A stretch of DNA of 64,000 nt from Candidatus Entotheonellaceae bacterium. GTDB lineage: Bacteria; Tectomicrobia; Entotheonellia; Entotheonellales; Entotheonellaceae. The position numbers and the translations under genes are program-made. Shown here in pieces: positions 1-8,984 of the stretch (position 1 is the first letter of the stretch; every line of letters starts with the position of its first letter). The notes beneath the pieces are model-generated. The model was not told the DNA's origin, ran no database searches, and worked only from the letters and a program-made list of their open reading frames with translations. The stretch is from NCBI GenBank assembly GCA_965238075.1, contig OZ250173.1:224001-288000 (forward strand). Direction: 5' to 3'.

Positions 1-551
1 GCGCCGTCGTTCGCGTCTACCACGAACAGATGCGAGCGGCGGTCGTAGACGAACCCCTCGCCGTTCATCTTATACTTGAGGGTCGTAATCACCCGCGCCG
101 GCTTGGAACGCGGTTCCTCCGCCCCGTCCTGCTGCGTCTCTTCGCCCCCCACGCGCGACACGAAAGCCAGACGTCTGCCGTCCGGCGACCAGACAGGTTC
201 GGCAACACCCTGCGCCAGTTCGGTCAACCGCACGGATTCGCCGCCATCAAGCGGCATGACGTACAACTGGGGACGTTTTTGACCCTGCCGCTGGGATACG
301 AACGCCAGCCGAGTTCCATCTGGCGACCAGCGCGGCGCACCGTCTCGCTTGTCGCCACTGGTCAATCGGCGCGGCAGTCCCCCATCAACGCCCGCAAGCC
401 AGATATTCGACAAGTACTGGTCGCGCTCTTCGGACAGCGTCGTCACCACGAAGGCCACCCGTCGTCCGTCGGGCGACATCCGCACCTCGCTCACCCAGCG
501 AATGCGGGTAATGTCCTCCGGTTTCATGGCCCGCCGGTGCCTTGCGCTCAT
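1..551 (-). CDS. S9 family peptidase (acylaminoacyl/dipeptidyl peptidase), N-terminal part; runs off the window edge
   Basis: Not in the ORF track because it is open-ended. Manual translation gives MSARHRRAMKPEDITRIRWVSEVRMSPDGRRVAFVVT...APRWSPDGTRLAFVS...PVWSPDGRRLAFVS (PD40-type propeller repeats). GGGGAG RBS upstream. Confidence 0.85.
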   Translation of the reverse strand, partial: MSARHRRAMKPEDITRIRWVSEVRMSPDGRRVAFVVTTLSEERDQYLSNIWLAGVDGGLPRRLTSGDKRDGAPRWSPDGTRLAFVSQRQGQKRPQLYVMPLDGGESVRLTELAQGVAEPVWSPDGRRLAFVSRVGGEETQQDGAEEPRSKPARVITTLKYKMNGEGFVYDRRSHLFVVDANDG

Positions 552-725
552 GCCATATCTCCCCTGTTTTCAAGCCTTGTTCGGTATGCGAGGCGGCACC
601 CTAGCATGCTGTTTTAACGAGTGTCAAACGGTCTGGCGCTGTGCTACCATGGCGCCCCTCGGAAGCCGGGAACGGTGCATCTCGCCGGTCGAATCGGGGC
701 ACTGGCAACCATTGAGGAGCGGGCC

Positions 726-1940
726 ATGACGACTTCGAACACAGCCCTTGCCGGCATTCGCGTGCTGGATCTGGGGCGGTATCAGGCCGGCCCCCGCATC
801 GGCCTCGTTCTGGCCCGTCTGGGCGCCGAGGTAATCAAGGTCGAAGCGCCGGGCGGCGACGAGAGCCGCAAAAACGGTCCGTTCGTGCGCGGCCAGAGCG
901 CTTACTGGGTGCAGTACAACAGCGGCAAGAAGAGCCTCGGCCTGAACCTGCGCACCGAACAGGGAATCGACATCGTGCGCCGTCTGGTCAAGGTCTCCGA
1001 CGTACTCATCCAGAACTTCCGGCCCGGCACCATCGATGCCATGGGGCTCGGCTACGACCAGCTCAAGGAACTGAACCCTGGCCTCGTGATGGTCAACGTG
1101 TCGGCCTACGGGCAATACGGCCCCTACCGCGATCGCATCGGCTTCGACCCCATCGGACAAGCCATCAGCGGCATGATGTCCCTCACCGGCTTTCCCGGTA
1201 ACCCGCCCACCCGCACGTACAACCCCGTGATCGACCGCATCACCGCCTTGCACGGCACGATCGGTACGCTGGCAGCGCTGCAGGAACGCCACGTGTCCGG
1301 CGAAGGGCAATGCGTCGACGTGTGTCTGGCCGACACCGGCTTCAGCATGACGGAAATTCAGTGCGCCGCCTTTCTTGGCGAGGGGATTGTGCCGGAACGC
1401 ACCGGCAACGGGCGCGGCTTGATGAACACCTACGAAACCCGCGACGGCTGGGTGCTCGTCGCCGCCATCAGCGACAACATCTGGCCGCGTCTATGCGAGG
1501 CCATCGACGCCCCCGAGTGGGTGCACGACCGACGCTTCAAGACGGTTGACGACCGCGGTCGGGCATGGGAGGCCATCGAAGAACGGCTACGGGCCTGGTT
1601 CGGCAACCGCACGGTGCGAGAATCGGTGGACCGTTTCTCAGAGTTTGGCATTCCGATCAACGCCGTGAACGACGTGCCCTCTGCCGCTCGCGACCCCCAA
1701 TTGCACGAGCGCGAATTGCTCGTGGAAGTGAGCGACCCCGTCGCCGGTACCATCCACGTCTCCGGCAAGAACATCAAACTGAGCCGCAGCGAAACGGTGC
1801 TGGGCTCGGCCCCACTGCCCGGTGAACATACCGAGGAAATCCTCACCGAGCTGCTCGGCTGTGCCCCACAGGACATCGATGAACTGGAAGCCGCTGACGC
1901 CGTGTATCGCAGCACGCCGCAACCTGTGGATGGTGGTTAG
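726..1940 (+). CDS. CaiB/BaiF class III CoA-transferase
   Basis: LAGIRVLDL...AGP, LGAEVIKVE, NSGKKSLGLNL and NFRPG motifs. ATG at 726 follows GAGGAG. Confidence 0.93.
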   Translation: MTTSNTALAGIRVLDLGRYQAGPRIGLVLARLGAEVIKVEAPGGDESRKNGPFVRGQSAYWVQYNSGKKSLGLNLRTEQGIDIVRRLVKVSDVLIQNFRPGTIDAMGLGYDQLKELNPGLVMVNVSAYGQYGPYRDRIGFDPIGQAISGMMSLTGFPGNPPTRTYNPVIDRITALHGTIGTLAALQERHVSGEGQCVDVCLADTGFSMTEIQCAAFLGEGIVPERTGNGRGLMNTYETRDGWVLVAAISDNIWPRLCEAIDAPEWVHDRRFKTVDDRGRAWEAIEERLRAWFGNRTVRESVDRFSEFGIPINAVNDVPSAARDPQLHERELLVEVSDPVAGTIHVSGKNIKLSRSETVLGSAPLPGEHTEEILTELLGCAPQDIDELEAADAVYRSTPQPVDGG

Positions 1941-1996
1941 TCATGAATCCCTTGCTATTCCCTGTCCACGAACCCCTGCTTTAACGGGAGGTAAGC

Positions 1997-4081
1997 ATGA
2001 GAAGCTACCGCTATTCGCGCTGGGATGGGACGCAGGAATCGTTACCGGTCGACGGTGAAGACCTGATGGAGGCCATGGCGGACGATCTGGCGTCGCACGG
2101 CGATCTCCGTCAGGCGCTGCGCAACCTGATGCAACGCGGCATGCAGGGGCGCATGGGCAGCGGTTTCGAGGGCATTCGGGAGATGATGGAGCGCCTCAAG
2201 CAGCAGAGCCGCGAGCGACTGGAGCGCTATAACCTGGCGTCGCTGGTGGATGAATTGAAGGAACGTCTGGACGACATTATTCGGGAGGAGAAGGAGACGC
2301 TGAGCCCGCCGCCGCAACAGGGGCAACAGGACGAAGAGGCCGCAACCGGCTCTCAGGCGTCGGACGGCGAATCGGCAGATAGGGCTGCTCAGCAGGGCGG
2401 GCAACAGGGGGCTTCCGCCGAGGCATCAGACCGGGCCGGCCAGGCGGGAAGCGGCGACAATCAGCAACGCCGGGAATTCATGGACCAATTGCCGCAAGAT
2501 TTCGCCGGCCGCGTCAAGGCCCTACAGCCTTACAACTTCTTGGACCCGCAGGCGCAGCAGGCTTTCGACGAACTGATGGAAATGCTCAAGCAGCAGGCCA
2601 TGGGCAACGCCATGCGTGACATGGCGCAGCGCTTTGCCGACATGTCCCCCGAAGAGCGGCAGCGTTTGAAGGAAATGATCGCCGATCTGAACCGCATGCT
2701 GGACCAGCAGGTGTGGGGCGAGCAGCCCGATTTCGACGGCTTCATGCAGAAATATGGGGACATGTTTGGCCCCAACCCGCCGCAGAGCCTGGAAGAACTG
2801 ACCCAGCAGATGGCATCGCGTATGGCGCAAATGCAATCGCTCTTCAACAGCCTACCCGAGGACCTGCGGCAAGAGCTTCAGGAGATGCTCAGCGCCGCCT
2901 TCGAGGATGAAGGATTGGCGGCCGAAATGGCGGAATTACAGGCCAATCTCGATTTCCTTGCTGCCGATGAACGGCCTTCTTATGAGTTCAGCGGCGACGC
3001 CGACGTGCCGCTGGAGCAGGCCATGCACCTGATGGACGAGTTGCAGAAGGTCGATGCCTTGCAGCAGCAGTTGCAAGATGTGGGCAAGGCCGGCTCCCTG
3101 CAGGACGTTGATGCCGAGACGCTGGAAGCCATTCTCGGCCCCGAGGGGCGCCAGGAATTGGAAAAGCTACGCGAACTTGAACGCCGCCTGGAGGAAGCCG
3201 GCTATCTGAAACGTCAGGGCGACCGCCTCGAACTGACCGCCAAGGGCGTTCGCAAAATCGGCTCTAAGGTGCTCCGAGACATCTTCAACCGACTCAAGAT
3301 CGGCCGCCACGGCGGGCACCCCACCGAGCGACGCGGCATCGGCATCGAAGCACGCCTCGACACCAAGGCCTACGAATACGGCGACCATTTCAGCCTGCAT
3401 TTGCAGCAGAGCCTGATGAACGCCGTGCAGCGCCAGGGCAAGGGTACCCCGGTGCGCATTCTGCCTGAGGATTTCGAGGTGTATCGGGATGAGAACCTGA
3501 ACCAGTGCTCCACCGTGCTGATGCTGGATCAGAGCCGGTCGATGGGGCTGAACGGCTGCTTCGACGCCGCCAAGAAGGTGGCGCTGGCCTTGCACAGTCT
3601 GATCAAGATGCAGTACCCAAGGGATCACCTGTACGTCATTGGGTTTGCCGAGTACGCCAGCGAGTTGCGCCACGAGGACATCCCGTCATCGTCCTGGGGC
3701 AGCTACTATCCGGGCACCAACATGCACCACGCCCTGATGATCGCCCGGCGCCTGCTGTCGCGCTCGCGGCATGGCCAGCGGCAGGTGCTGATGGTCACCG
3801 ACGGCGAACCGACCGCCCACCTCGAACAAAACCTGGCCTACTTCAACTATCCTCCCACTTGGCGGACCATCGAGCAAACGCTGCAGGAGGTCAAACGCTG
3901 CACTCGTGAGGGCATCGTGATCAACACGTTCATGATGGAGCAGGATCCGTACCTGATGCGGTTCGTGCAGGAAATCACCAAGATCAACCGCGGGCGGGCG
4001 TTCTTCTCCTCCCCCAGCCACCTGGGGCAGTACGTCGTCACCGATTACCTCAATAACAAGCGTCGGCGGCGCATTGCGTGA
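1997..4081 (+). CDS. VWA-domain protein with long helical Q/E/M-rich N-terminus
   Basis: N-terminal YRYSRWDGTQ. C-terminal MIDAS elements DQSRSM, GTN and VTDGEP. GGAGG RBS. Confidence 0.88.
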   Translation: MRSYRYSRWDGTQESLPVDGEDLMEAMADDLASHGDLRQALRNLMQRGMQGRMGSGFEGIREMMERLKQQSRERLERYNLASLVDELKERLDDIIREEKETLSPPPQQGQQDEEAATGSQASDGESADRAAQQGGQQGASAEASDRAGQAGSGDNQQRREFMDQLPQDFAGRVKALQPYNFLDPQAQQAFDELMEMLKQQAMGNAMRDMAQRFADMSPEERQRLKEMIADLNRMLDQQVWGEQPDFDGFMQKYGDMFGPNPPQSLEELTQQMASRMAQMQSLFNSLPEDLRQELQEMLSAAFEDEGLAAEMAELQANLDFLAADERPSYEFSGDADVPLEQAMHLMDELQKVDALQQQLQDVGKAGSLQDVDAETLEAILGPEGRQELEKLRELERRLEEAGYLKRQGDRLELTAKGVRKIGSKVLRDIFNRLKIGRHGGHPTERRGIGIEARLDTKAYEYGDHFSLHLQQSLMNAVQRQGKGTPVRILPEDFEVYRDENLNQCSTVLMLDQSRSMGLNGCFDAAKKVALALHSLIKMQYPRDHLYVIGFAEYASELRHEDIPSSSWGSYYPGTNMHHALMIARRLLSRSRHGQRQVLMVTDGEPTAHLEQNLAYFNYPPTWRTIEQTLQEVKRCTREGIVINTFMMEQDPYLMRFVQEITKINRGRAFFSSPSHLGQYVVTDYLNNKRRRRIA

Positions 4082-4146
4082 AGCAGTGGTTCGTGAACAA
4101 TGGGTGGTGATCAGTGTTGGTCACTGGCCATTTATCACTGGTTACT

Positions 4147-5133
4147 TCAGCGGATTTTCCCCTCGATGTGAGTCAGCGTGAAAGTACTGCCAGGCTTGCG
4201 GGGATAGACGATTATGCGGGCCCGCGACAGCGTTTTCTCCACCGTTTCCAACCACAACCGTCCCTTCGATACCTGCGGTGAGGTGCGCACCTGCTCGGCG
4301 AGCTTGACGAAGCGCTGTGCGGCGCCGTGGGCTGCGTTGACCACCTCGCTGCGATAAATTTCCGCTTCCTGCCGAATCCGGTGGGCCTGTGCACGGGCAC
4401 GTGGCAGCAGGTCCTTGGCATAGCCGTCGGCGACATTCATGAGGCGCTGGCGGTCCGCCTTGGCGCTGGACACGTCGTTGAAGGCGGCGATGACGTTTGG
4501 CGGCGGATTGTCCTCGACGATGTTCACCGACACCACCTGCAGCCCGAGTCCCATGGCATCGACCAGTTCCTGGATCAGCACCCGCGATTCTTCCTGGATG
4601 CGCGCCTTGCCGCTGGACAGCACGTCGTCCACCTTCATGCGCGCTACCAGGAAAGTCAGGACGCTCTCGGCGGCCTTGCGCAGCGCCATGTCGCGGGGCT
4701 GTCCGTCACTGAAATCGGCGACGCGAAACAGGTAATCGGCCGGCGACTTGATGATATATTGAATCGCCGTCTGCATTTCGACGATGTTGGTGTCGCCGGT
4801 GAGCCATTGCACCTCTTCCTCCATCGCCACCTTGTCCGCTTGTTCAGCCTCCAGATAGCTGAAGCCGACGGCCATGGTTCGCACCTCGGTGGTGCGCACG
4901 AGGCGCATGGTTTCCAGCGGGTACGGTAGGATGAAGTGCATGCCGGCAGGCAGGATGCTCCGCACGCGGCCAAAGCGCAGCAAAACGCCCTGCTCGTTCT
5001 GCTTCACCACCCAGACGCCGGTGACGGCCATGTGCGCGATGAGGGCGACGAGCAAAACCGGCAGCAAGTACCAGCCGCGCAGCCGCATGCCAAAGCGGCC
5101 GTTGCGGGCCGATGGCGTGGTATCAGGCGTCAT
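4147..5133 (-). CDS. hflK: HflK-like SPFH protein
   Basis: Single N-terminal TM; GVLLRFGR, LTGDTNIV, PPPNVIAAFNDVSSAKAD, AEIYRSEVVNAAHGAAQRF, RLWLETVE. Confidence 0.9.
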   Translation of the reverse strand: MTPDTTPSARNGRFGMRLRGWYLLPVLLVALIAHMAVTGVWVVKQNEQGVLLRFGRVRSILPAGMHFILPYPLETMRLVRTTEVRTMAVGFSYLEAEQADKVAMEEEVQWLTGDTNIVEMQTAIQYIIKSPADYLFRVADFSDGQPRDMALRKAAESVLTFLVARMKVDDVLSSGKARIQEESRVLIQELVDAMGLGLQVVSVNIVEDNPPPNVIAAFNDVSSAKADRQRLMNVADGYAKDLLPRARAQAHRIRQEAEIYRSEVVNAAHGAAQRFVKLAEQVRTSPQVSKGRLWLETVEKTLSRARIIVYPRKPGSTFTLTHIEGKIR

Positions 5134-6092
5134 TGTGCGGCTCCTTCCTGCTGTTCCGTAAGGCGCTTCAGGCTGTCGACAGCGTCGCCGACACGCTCGG
5201 GCACGCCATCGCCGAAAGCCGCTGGGGATTGCAGCACCTTGAGCAATTCAGCGTCGCTTGGCACCACGATGGTGGAGCTTTCGCCGATGATGTTCTGGTA
5301 CGCCTCCAACGAGCGCACGAACTCGAAGAATTCCGGGTCCTGCCCAAACGCCTCGGCGTAAATGCGGGTGGCCTCGGCGTCGGCCTCGCCGCGAATCTCC
5401 TCGGCCTGGCGGCGCGCCTCGTTGAGCAGCACGGCTGCCTCGCGATCGGCGCTGGCGCGAATCTTCTCGGCCTCTTCCTCGCCCTCGGAGCGATACAGCC
5501 GCGCAATACGCTGGCGTTCGGCTTCCATGCGGCGAAACACCGCCTGCTTGTTCTGCGGCGGGAAATTGAGGCGCTTGATGCGCACCGCGGCGATGTGCAC
5601 GCCGAAGTTGGCGCTGGCGCGTTGCGCGGTCTTGCGGGTGATGTCGCGCATCACGTCGGCCATCGTCTGGTCCTGCTCTTCGGTCGATACCAAGGCCGAC
5701 AGCGGATAAGCTCCGAGCGTCGTGCCGACTTCCGAGCGCATGATGTCCGTCAGCCGCGCCTCGGCGCTGTTCTTGTCGGTAAGGCTGACCAGATAGCGCA
5801 GCGGATCGGCCACCGACCAGACGAGGAAATTGCTCACCAGGATGTTTTTCTTGTCTGAGGTCAGGTACTCGCCGGGCTCGGGGTCGAGCACGTTGGTGCG
5901 CCGGTCGATGCGCAACAGGGTGTCGATGGGCGGCGGCCACTTGAAATGCAGCCCCGCTTGGTCGATCACCCGCCGCGGGTCGCCGAATCGCGCCACAATG
6001 GCATACTCGGTTTCCTGCACCTGGAAGGTACCTGCAAAAGCGACGAGCGCTATCACAACCACCACGCCTATCACGATTAGAACGCTTCGCAT
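5130..6092 (-). CDS. hflC: HflC-like SPFH protein
   Basis: AIVARFGDP, LTSDKKNILV, VFRRMEAERQRIARLYRSEGEEEAEKIRA, DPEFFEFVRSLEAY. Overlaps hflK by 4 bp. Confidence 0.93.
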   Translation of the reverse strand: MRSVLIVIGVVVVIALVAFAGTFQVQETEYAIVARFGDPRRVIDQAGLHFKWPPPIDTLLRIDRRTNVLDPEPGEYLTSDKKNILVSNFLVWSVADPLRYLVSLTDKNSAEARLTDIMRSEVGTTLGAYPLSALVSTEEQDQTMADVMRDITRKTAQRASANFGVHIAAVRIKRLNFPPQNKQAVFRRMEAERQRIARLYRSEGEEEAEKIRASADREAAVLLNEARRQAEEIRGEADAEATRIYAEAFGQDPEFFEFVRSLEAYQNIIGESSTIVVPSDAELLKVLQSPAAFGDGVPERVGDAVDSLKRLTEQQEGAAQ

Positions 6093-6164
6093 GTCATGAG
6101 CTCCAAATGGCAGTGGTTCGTGAAAAGTGAATAGGGGTTGGTTCTCGCCTTTGCTGGCCGCTCA

Positions 6165-8270
6165 TCACTTTCCATCACGGATGTTCCAAAGATCGACTTC
6201 GACGTCATCGCCCAGCAGGAACAACCCCTTGACGCCCTGCAAGGCGCTCTCGATGGTATCGAAATACAGTCGCCGCCGGGTCAGCGCCTCGTTGTTGCGG
6301 TATGCGTTCAGGCGCGACAGGAAGGACGTCCCCTGCCCTTTCGCTCCGTTGAGTTTCTCGCTTCTAAAGCTCTCGGCCTCCTGGATGAACGAAAACGCTT
6401 GGGCGCGCGCCGCGGCCACGGTTTCGGAGTGATAGCCCTCGGCCTGCCGGATTTTGCGTGCCCGGTCCTCCAGTGAACTGGCGACGTCGCGGAACGCCTC
6501 GTGCACGGCAGCCGGGGCGTGAGCGTCGAGCAGATTCACGGCCACCGCGCGAATGCCACTGCCAACAGCGTCGAGTTCGGCTTGCAGGGCGGCCAGAACC
6601 TCCTGCTCGATGGCGGCTCTGTCGGTTACCAGAACTTCCGACGACGAGCGGTGCGCCACCGTCTGGCGCACGGCCCACTCGGCAAAGGTGCGCACCACCG
6701 CGGCGGGCTCGGCCACCCGGTATTTGTAGGCATAGGGCCCACTAACGCTGAAGTGAACGGTATAGAAAAGGCTGAGAATGTTCTCCTCGCCGCTCATCAC
6801 TTGGGCGGCGTCGATCAGGTCCTCACGGTCGGAGCGTTCGATGTCGATGCGATTGGCAGCGCGCAGGAAGCCCTGGTCGAGGCTACGCACTTCGTTGGTG
6901 CGCAGCCGGGTGACGCGGTCGATCGGCAGCGGCAGGTGGACGTACAAACCGGGCGCCTCAAGAGCGCGCACGACGCGCCCGAAGCGCACCACCCAGGCAG
7001 CTTCGCCCGGACCGACCACGGAGAACGCGGTGGAGACGTATAGCGCGACGACAACGATGACGGCGGCGATTCGGAAGGCGGGAGACAGGGGATCGAATCC
7101 CAGCGGCGCGCAGAACGCCCGCACACGCTCGACCGTGTAGGGACCTAGCCCCATGCGGACGGTGCTGAAGACCAGCAGGTAGACGAACAGCACCGCCGCG
7201 GCGATGTCGAGCGGCGACAAGCCGCTTTCCACGACCTGGGCAACAATCGCCGCGAGGTCCACCGCGAAATAGCTGTAGACGGCGTTGATCAACAGGCCCA
7301 GCAACAAAGCACTGCCGGTGACCCCGAGCAGGTGCACCACCAAAACCCGCCGGCCGAGCAAGCGCGCAATAATGGCGATGGTGGTGGCATTGGTCGCCGG
7401 CCCCACCAGCAGCAGCACCAGGGCGGCGCCGGGGTCCAGCCCTTTGGCGATCAATGTGGCGGCCACCGGCGTGGCGGCGGCGGCGCAGATGTACATCGGT
7501 GTGCCAATCAGCAGCATCAGCACCGACGACACGAACCCCGCGGGAATGACGGACCCGAAGAAGTCATCGGGGACAAGAATGGCGATCAGCCCGGACACCA
7601 GCAGGCCGATGATCAGCCACACCGTCAAGTCGTCCAACAGCGGCCCGAAAGCGTAAGTCATCGAATCCCGTGCCACGTCCTTGACCGAGCGTTTGCCGAC
7701 GCCGCCCGGCGTGTATACGGTGCTGTGATCGTGCCCGTGATCGTGGGCGAGGTCATGAGTCTCAGCGGGTAATGCCTCGGTATCCCCATCCCAACCCCGT
7801 CGCACCACGAAATTGACCACCGAGCCGGTGAACACCGCGGTGGCGAACGCTCCTAGCGGCCGCGCCACCGTCATGATGGGGTCGAGCAGCGCGTACGTGA
7901 TGCCGATGGAATCCAGCCCCGTTTCGGGTGTGGAGATCAGGAAGGACGTCGTCGCGCCCTTGCTCGCCCCGCTGCGCCGTAGCGACGTCGCCACCGGCAG
8001 CACCGAGCACGAGCACAGCGGCAGCGGAATGCCGAACAGGGACGCTAAGGTCACCGACTTGAGCCGGTTCTCGCCGAGGTGCTTGTAGACTTTGTCCTCT
8101 GGCACAATCGCCTTCAGCACTCCCGCCAGCGCAAAACCGATCAACAGATACGGCGCCGACTCCGCCACCAGCGTCAGCATGACCCCAAAATAGTCGTTCC
8201 ACAGAAACCCGCAGACGCCCATCCCAAGAACGCAAATGCCGAGCGTGATCCCATGCCGTCGCCAAGGCAT
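6165..8270 (-). CDS. DUF318/ArsP (SO_0444-like) metal permease fused to a C-terminal HflK-like SPFH domain
   Basis: N-terminal half has ESAPYLLIG, PLPLCSCSVLP, FLISTPETGLDS, a His-rich loop HDLAHDHGHDH, PMYICAAAATP and GPATN. C-terminal half has VVRFGRVV...PGL, GEENI, VHEAFRDVASS and RRLYFDTIE. One continuous ORF. Confidence 0.87.
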   Translation of the reverse strand: MPWRRHGITLGICVLGMGVCGFLWNDYFGVMLTLVAESAPYLLIGFALAGVLKAIVPEDKVYKHLGENRLKSVTLASLFGIPLPLCSCSVLPVATSLRRSGASKGATTSFLISTPETGLDSIGITYALLDPIMTVARPLGAFATAVFTGSVVNFVVRRGWDGDTEALPAETHDLAHDHGHDHSTVYTPGGVGKRSVKDVARDSMTYAFGPLLDDLTVWLIIGLLVSGLIAILVPDDFFGSVIPAGFVSSVLMLLIGTPMYICAAAATPVAATLIAKGLDPGAALVLLLVGPATNATTIAIIARLLGRRVLVVHLLGVTGSALLLGLLINAVYSYFAVDLAAIVAQVVESGLSPLDIAAAVLFVYLLVFSTVRMGLGPYTVERVRAFCAPLGFDPLSPAFRIAAVIVVVALYVSTAFSVVGPGEAAWVVRFGRVVRALEAPGLYVHLPLPIDRVTRLRTNEVRSLDQGFLRAANRIDIERSDREDLIDAAQVMSGEENILSLFYTVHFSVSGPYAYKYRVAEPAAVVRTFAEWAVRQTVAHRSSSEVLVTDRAAIEQEVLAALQAELDAVGSGIRAVAVNLLDAHAPAAVHEAFRDVASSLEDRARKIRQAEGYHSETVAAARAQAFSFIQEAESFRSEKLNGAKGQGTSFLSRLNAYRNNEALTRRRLYFDTIESALQGVKGLFLLGDDVEVDLWNIRDGK

Positions 8271-8469
8271 AGCGGTTCCTCCATTGGTCTAACGGTCCTC
8301 GTGAAGCCGCATCGGCCCAGACTTTCTGCGCGCGGCGGGCACTGCGCATTCTATAGGCATGACGGCCACAATGACAATTTCAAAACGGTTCAGCGCAGAA
8401 TGACTGGGCAGATCGGGCGCTTGGTGAAAGCGACGTGAAAACAGTGGCCGCCACTGCCGCCAGCGCAGC

Positions 8470-8966
8470 CGCAGCCATCAAGTCTCACCGCCGGGGCGCT
8501 TGCCGTCACAAGACCTCTAACATCGACATCGGCGACTGGGGGATGCTGAGCTTTGGCGGCATCCTTTCCCTCACCACCGCTTGGGACAAACAGGAATTGC
8601 GCGGGGCGCCGAAGATTGCGCTGACAAACGGGGGCGCCACGGTCTGATCGGCGCTCCACCCCAGTTTGTCGGTGTCGAATCCCAGGCGCTGATGGCGGAC
8701 AACGCCCATGACAGCAACGACTTGCGCGCCCAGTTGCAAGCCCGTGGCGCTACCGCGGTGATCTCTGCCAAGGCGGAATCGCGTCACGGAGATCGAAGAC
8801 GACTCGGAGATGTACAAGGGACAGCATTTCGCGGGGAATTTCTTCTGTCAACGGAAAGGCTTCGGTCGCCTTGCAAGGCGCTTCGAGAAGACCGATGTCA
8901 GCTACGCCGCGCTGATTCATGTGGTGAGTTCTCGCTTGGCGCTTGCCTGAATATCCACGGGCCCCA
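8470..8966 (+). mobile_element. Degenerate IS5-family transposase remnant
   Basis: Frameshifted pieces read RHGLIGAPP...QALMADNAHDSNDLRAQLQARGATAVI, then GFGRLARRFEKTDVSYAALIHVVSSRLALA*. Ends with IS5-like AATATCCACGGGCCC. Left boundary is approximate. Confidence 0.75.
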
Positions 8967-8983
8967 AAACCCGCCTGGGGCCC
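8959..8983 (-). terminator. GC-rich hairpin just downstream of the P450 stop codon
   Basis: GGGCCCCA-9 nt-TGGGGCCC perfect 8-bp stem; no strong U-tract on the minus strand. Confidence 0.4.
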
Positions 8984-8984
8984 T

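Noticed and set aside
30-617. Plus-strand 195-aa ORF
   Set aside because: It is the antisense shadow of the minus-strand S9 peptidase.
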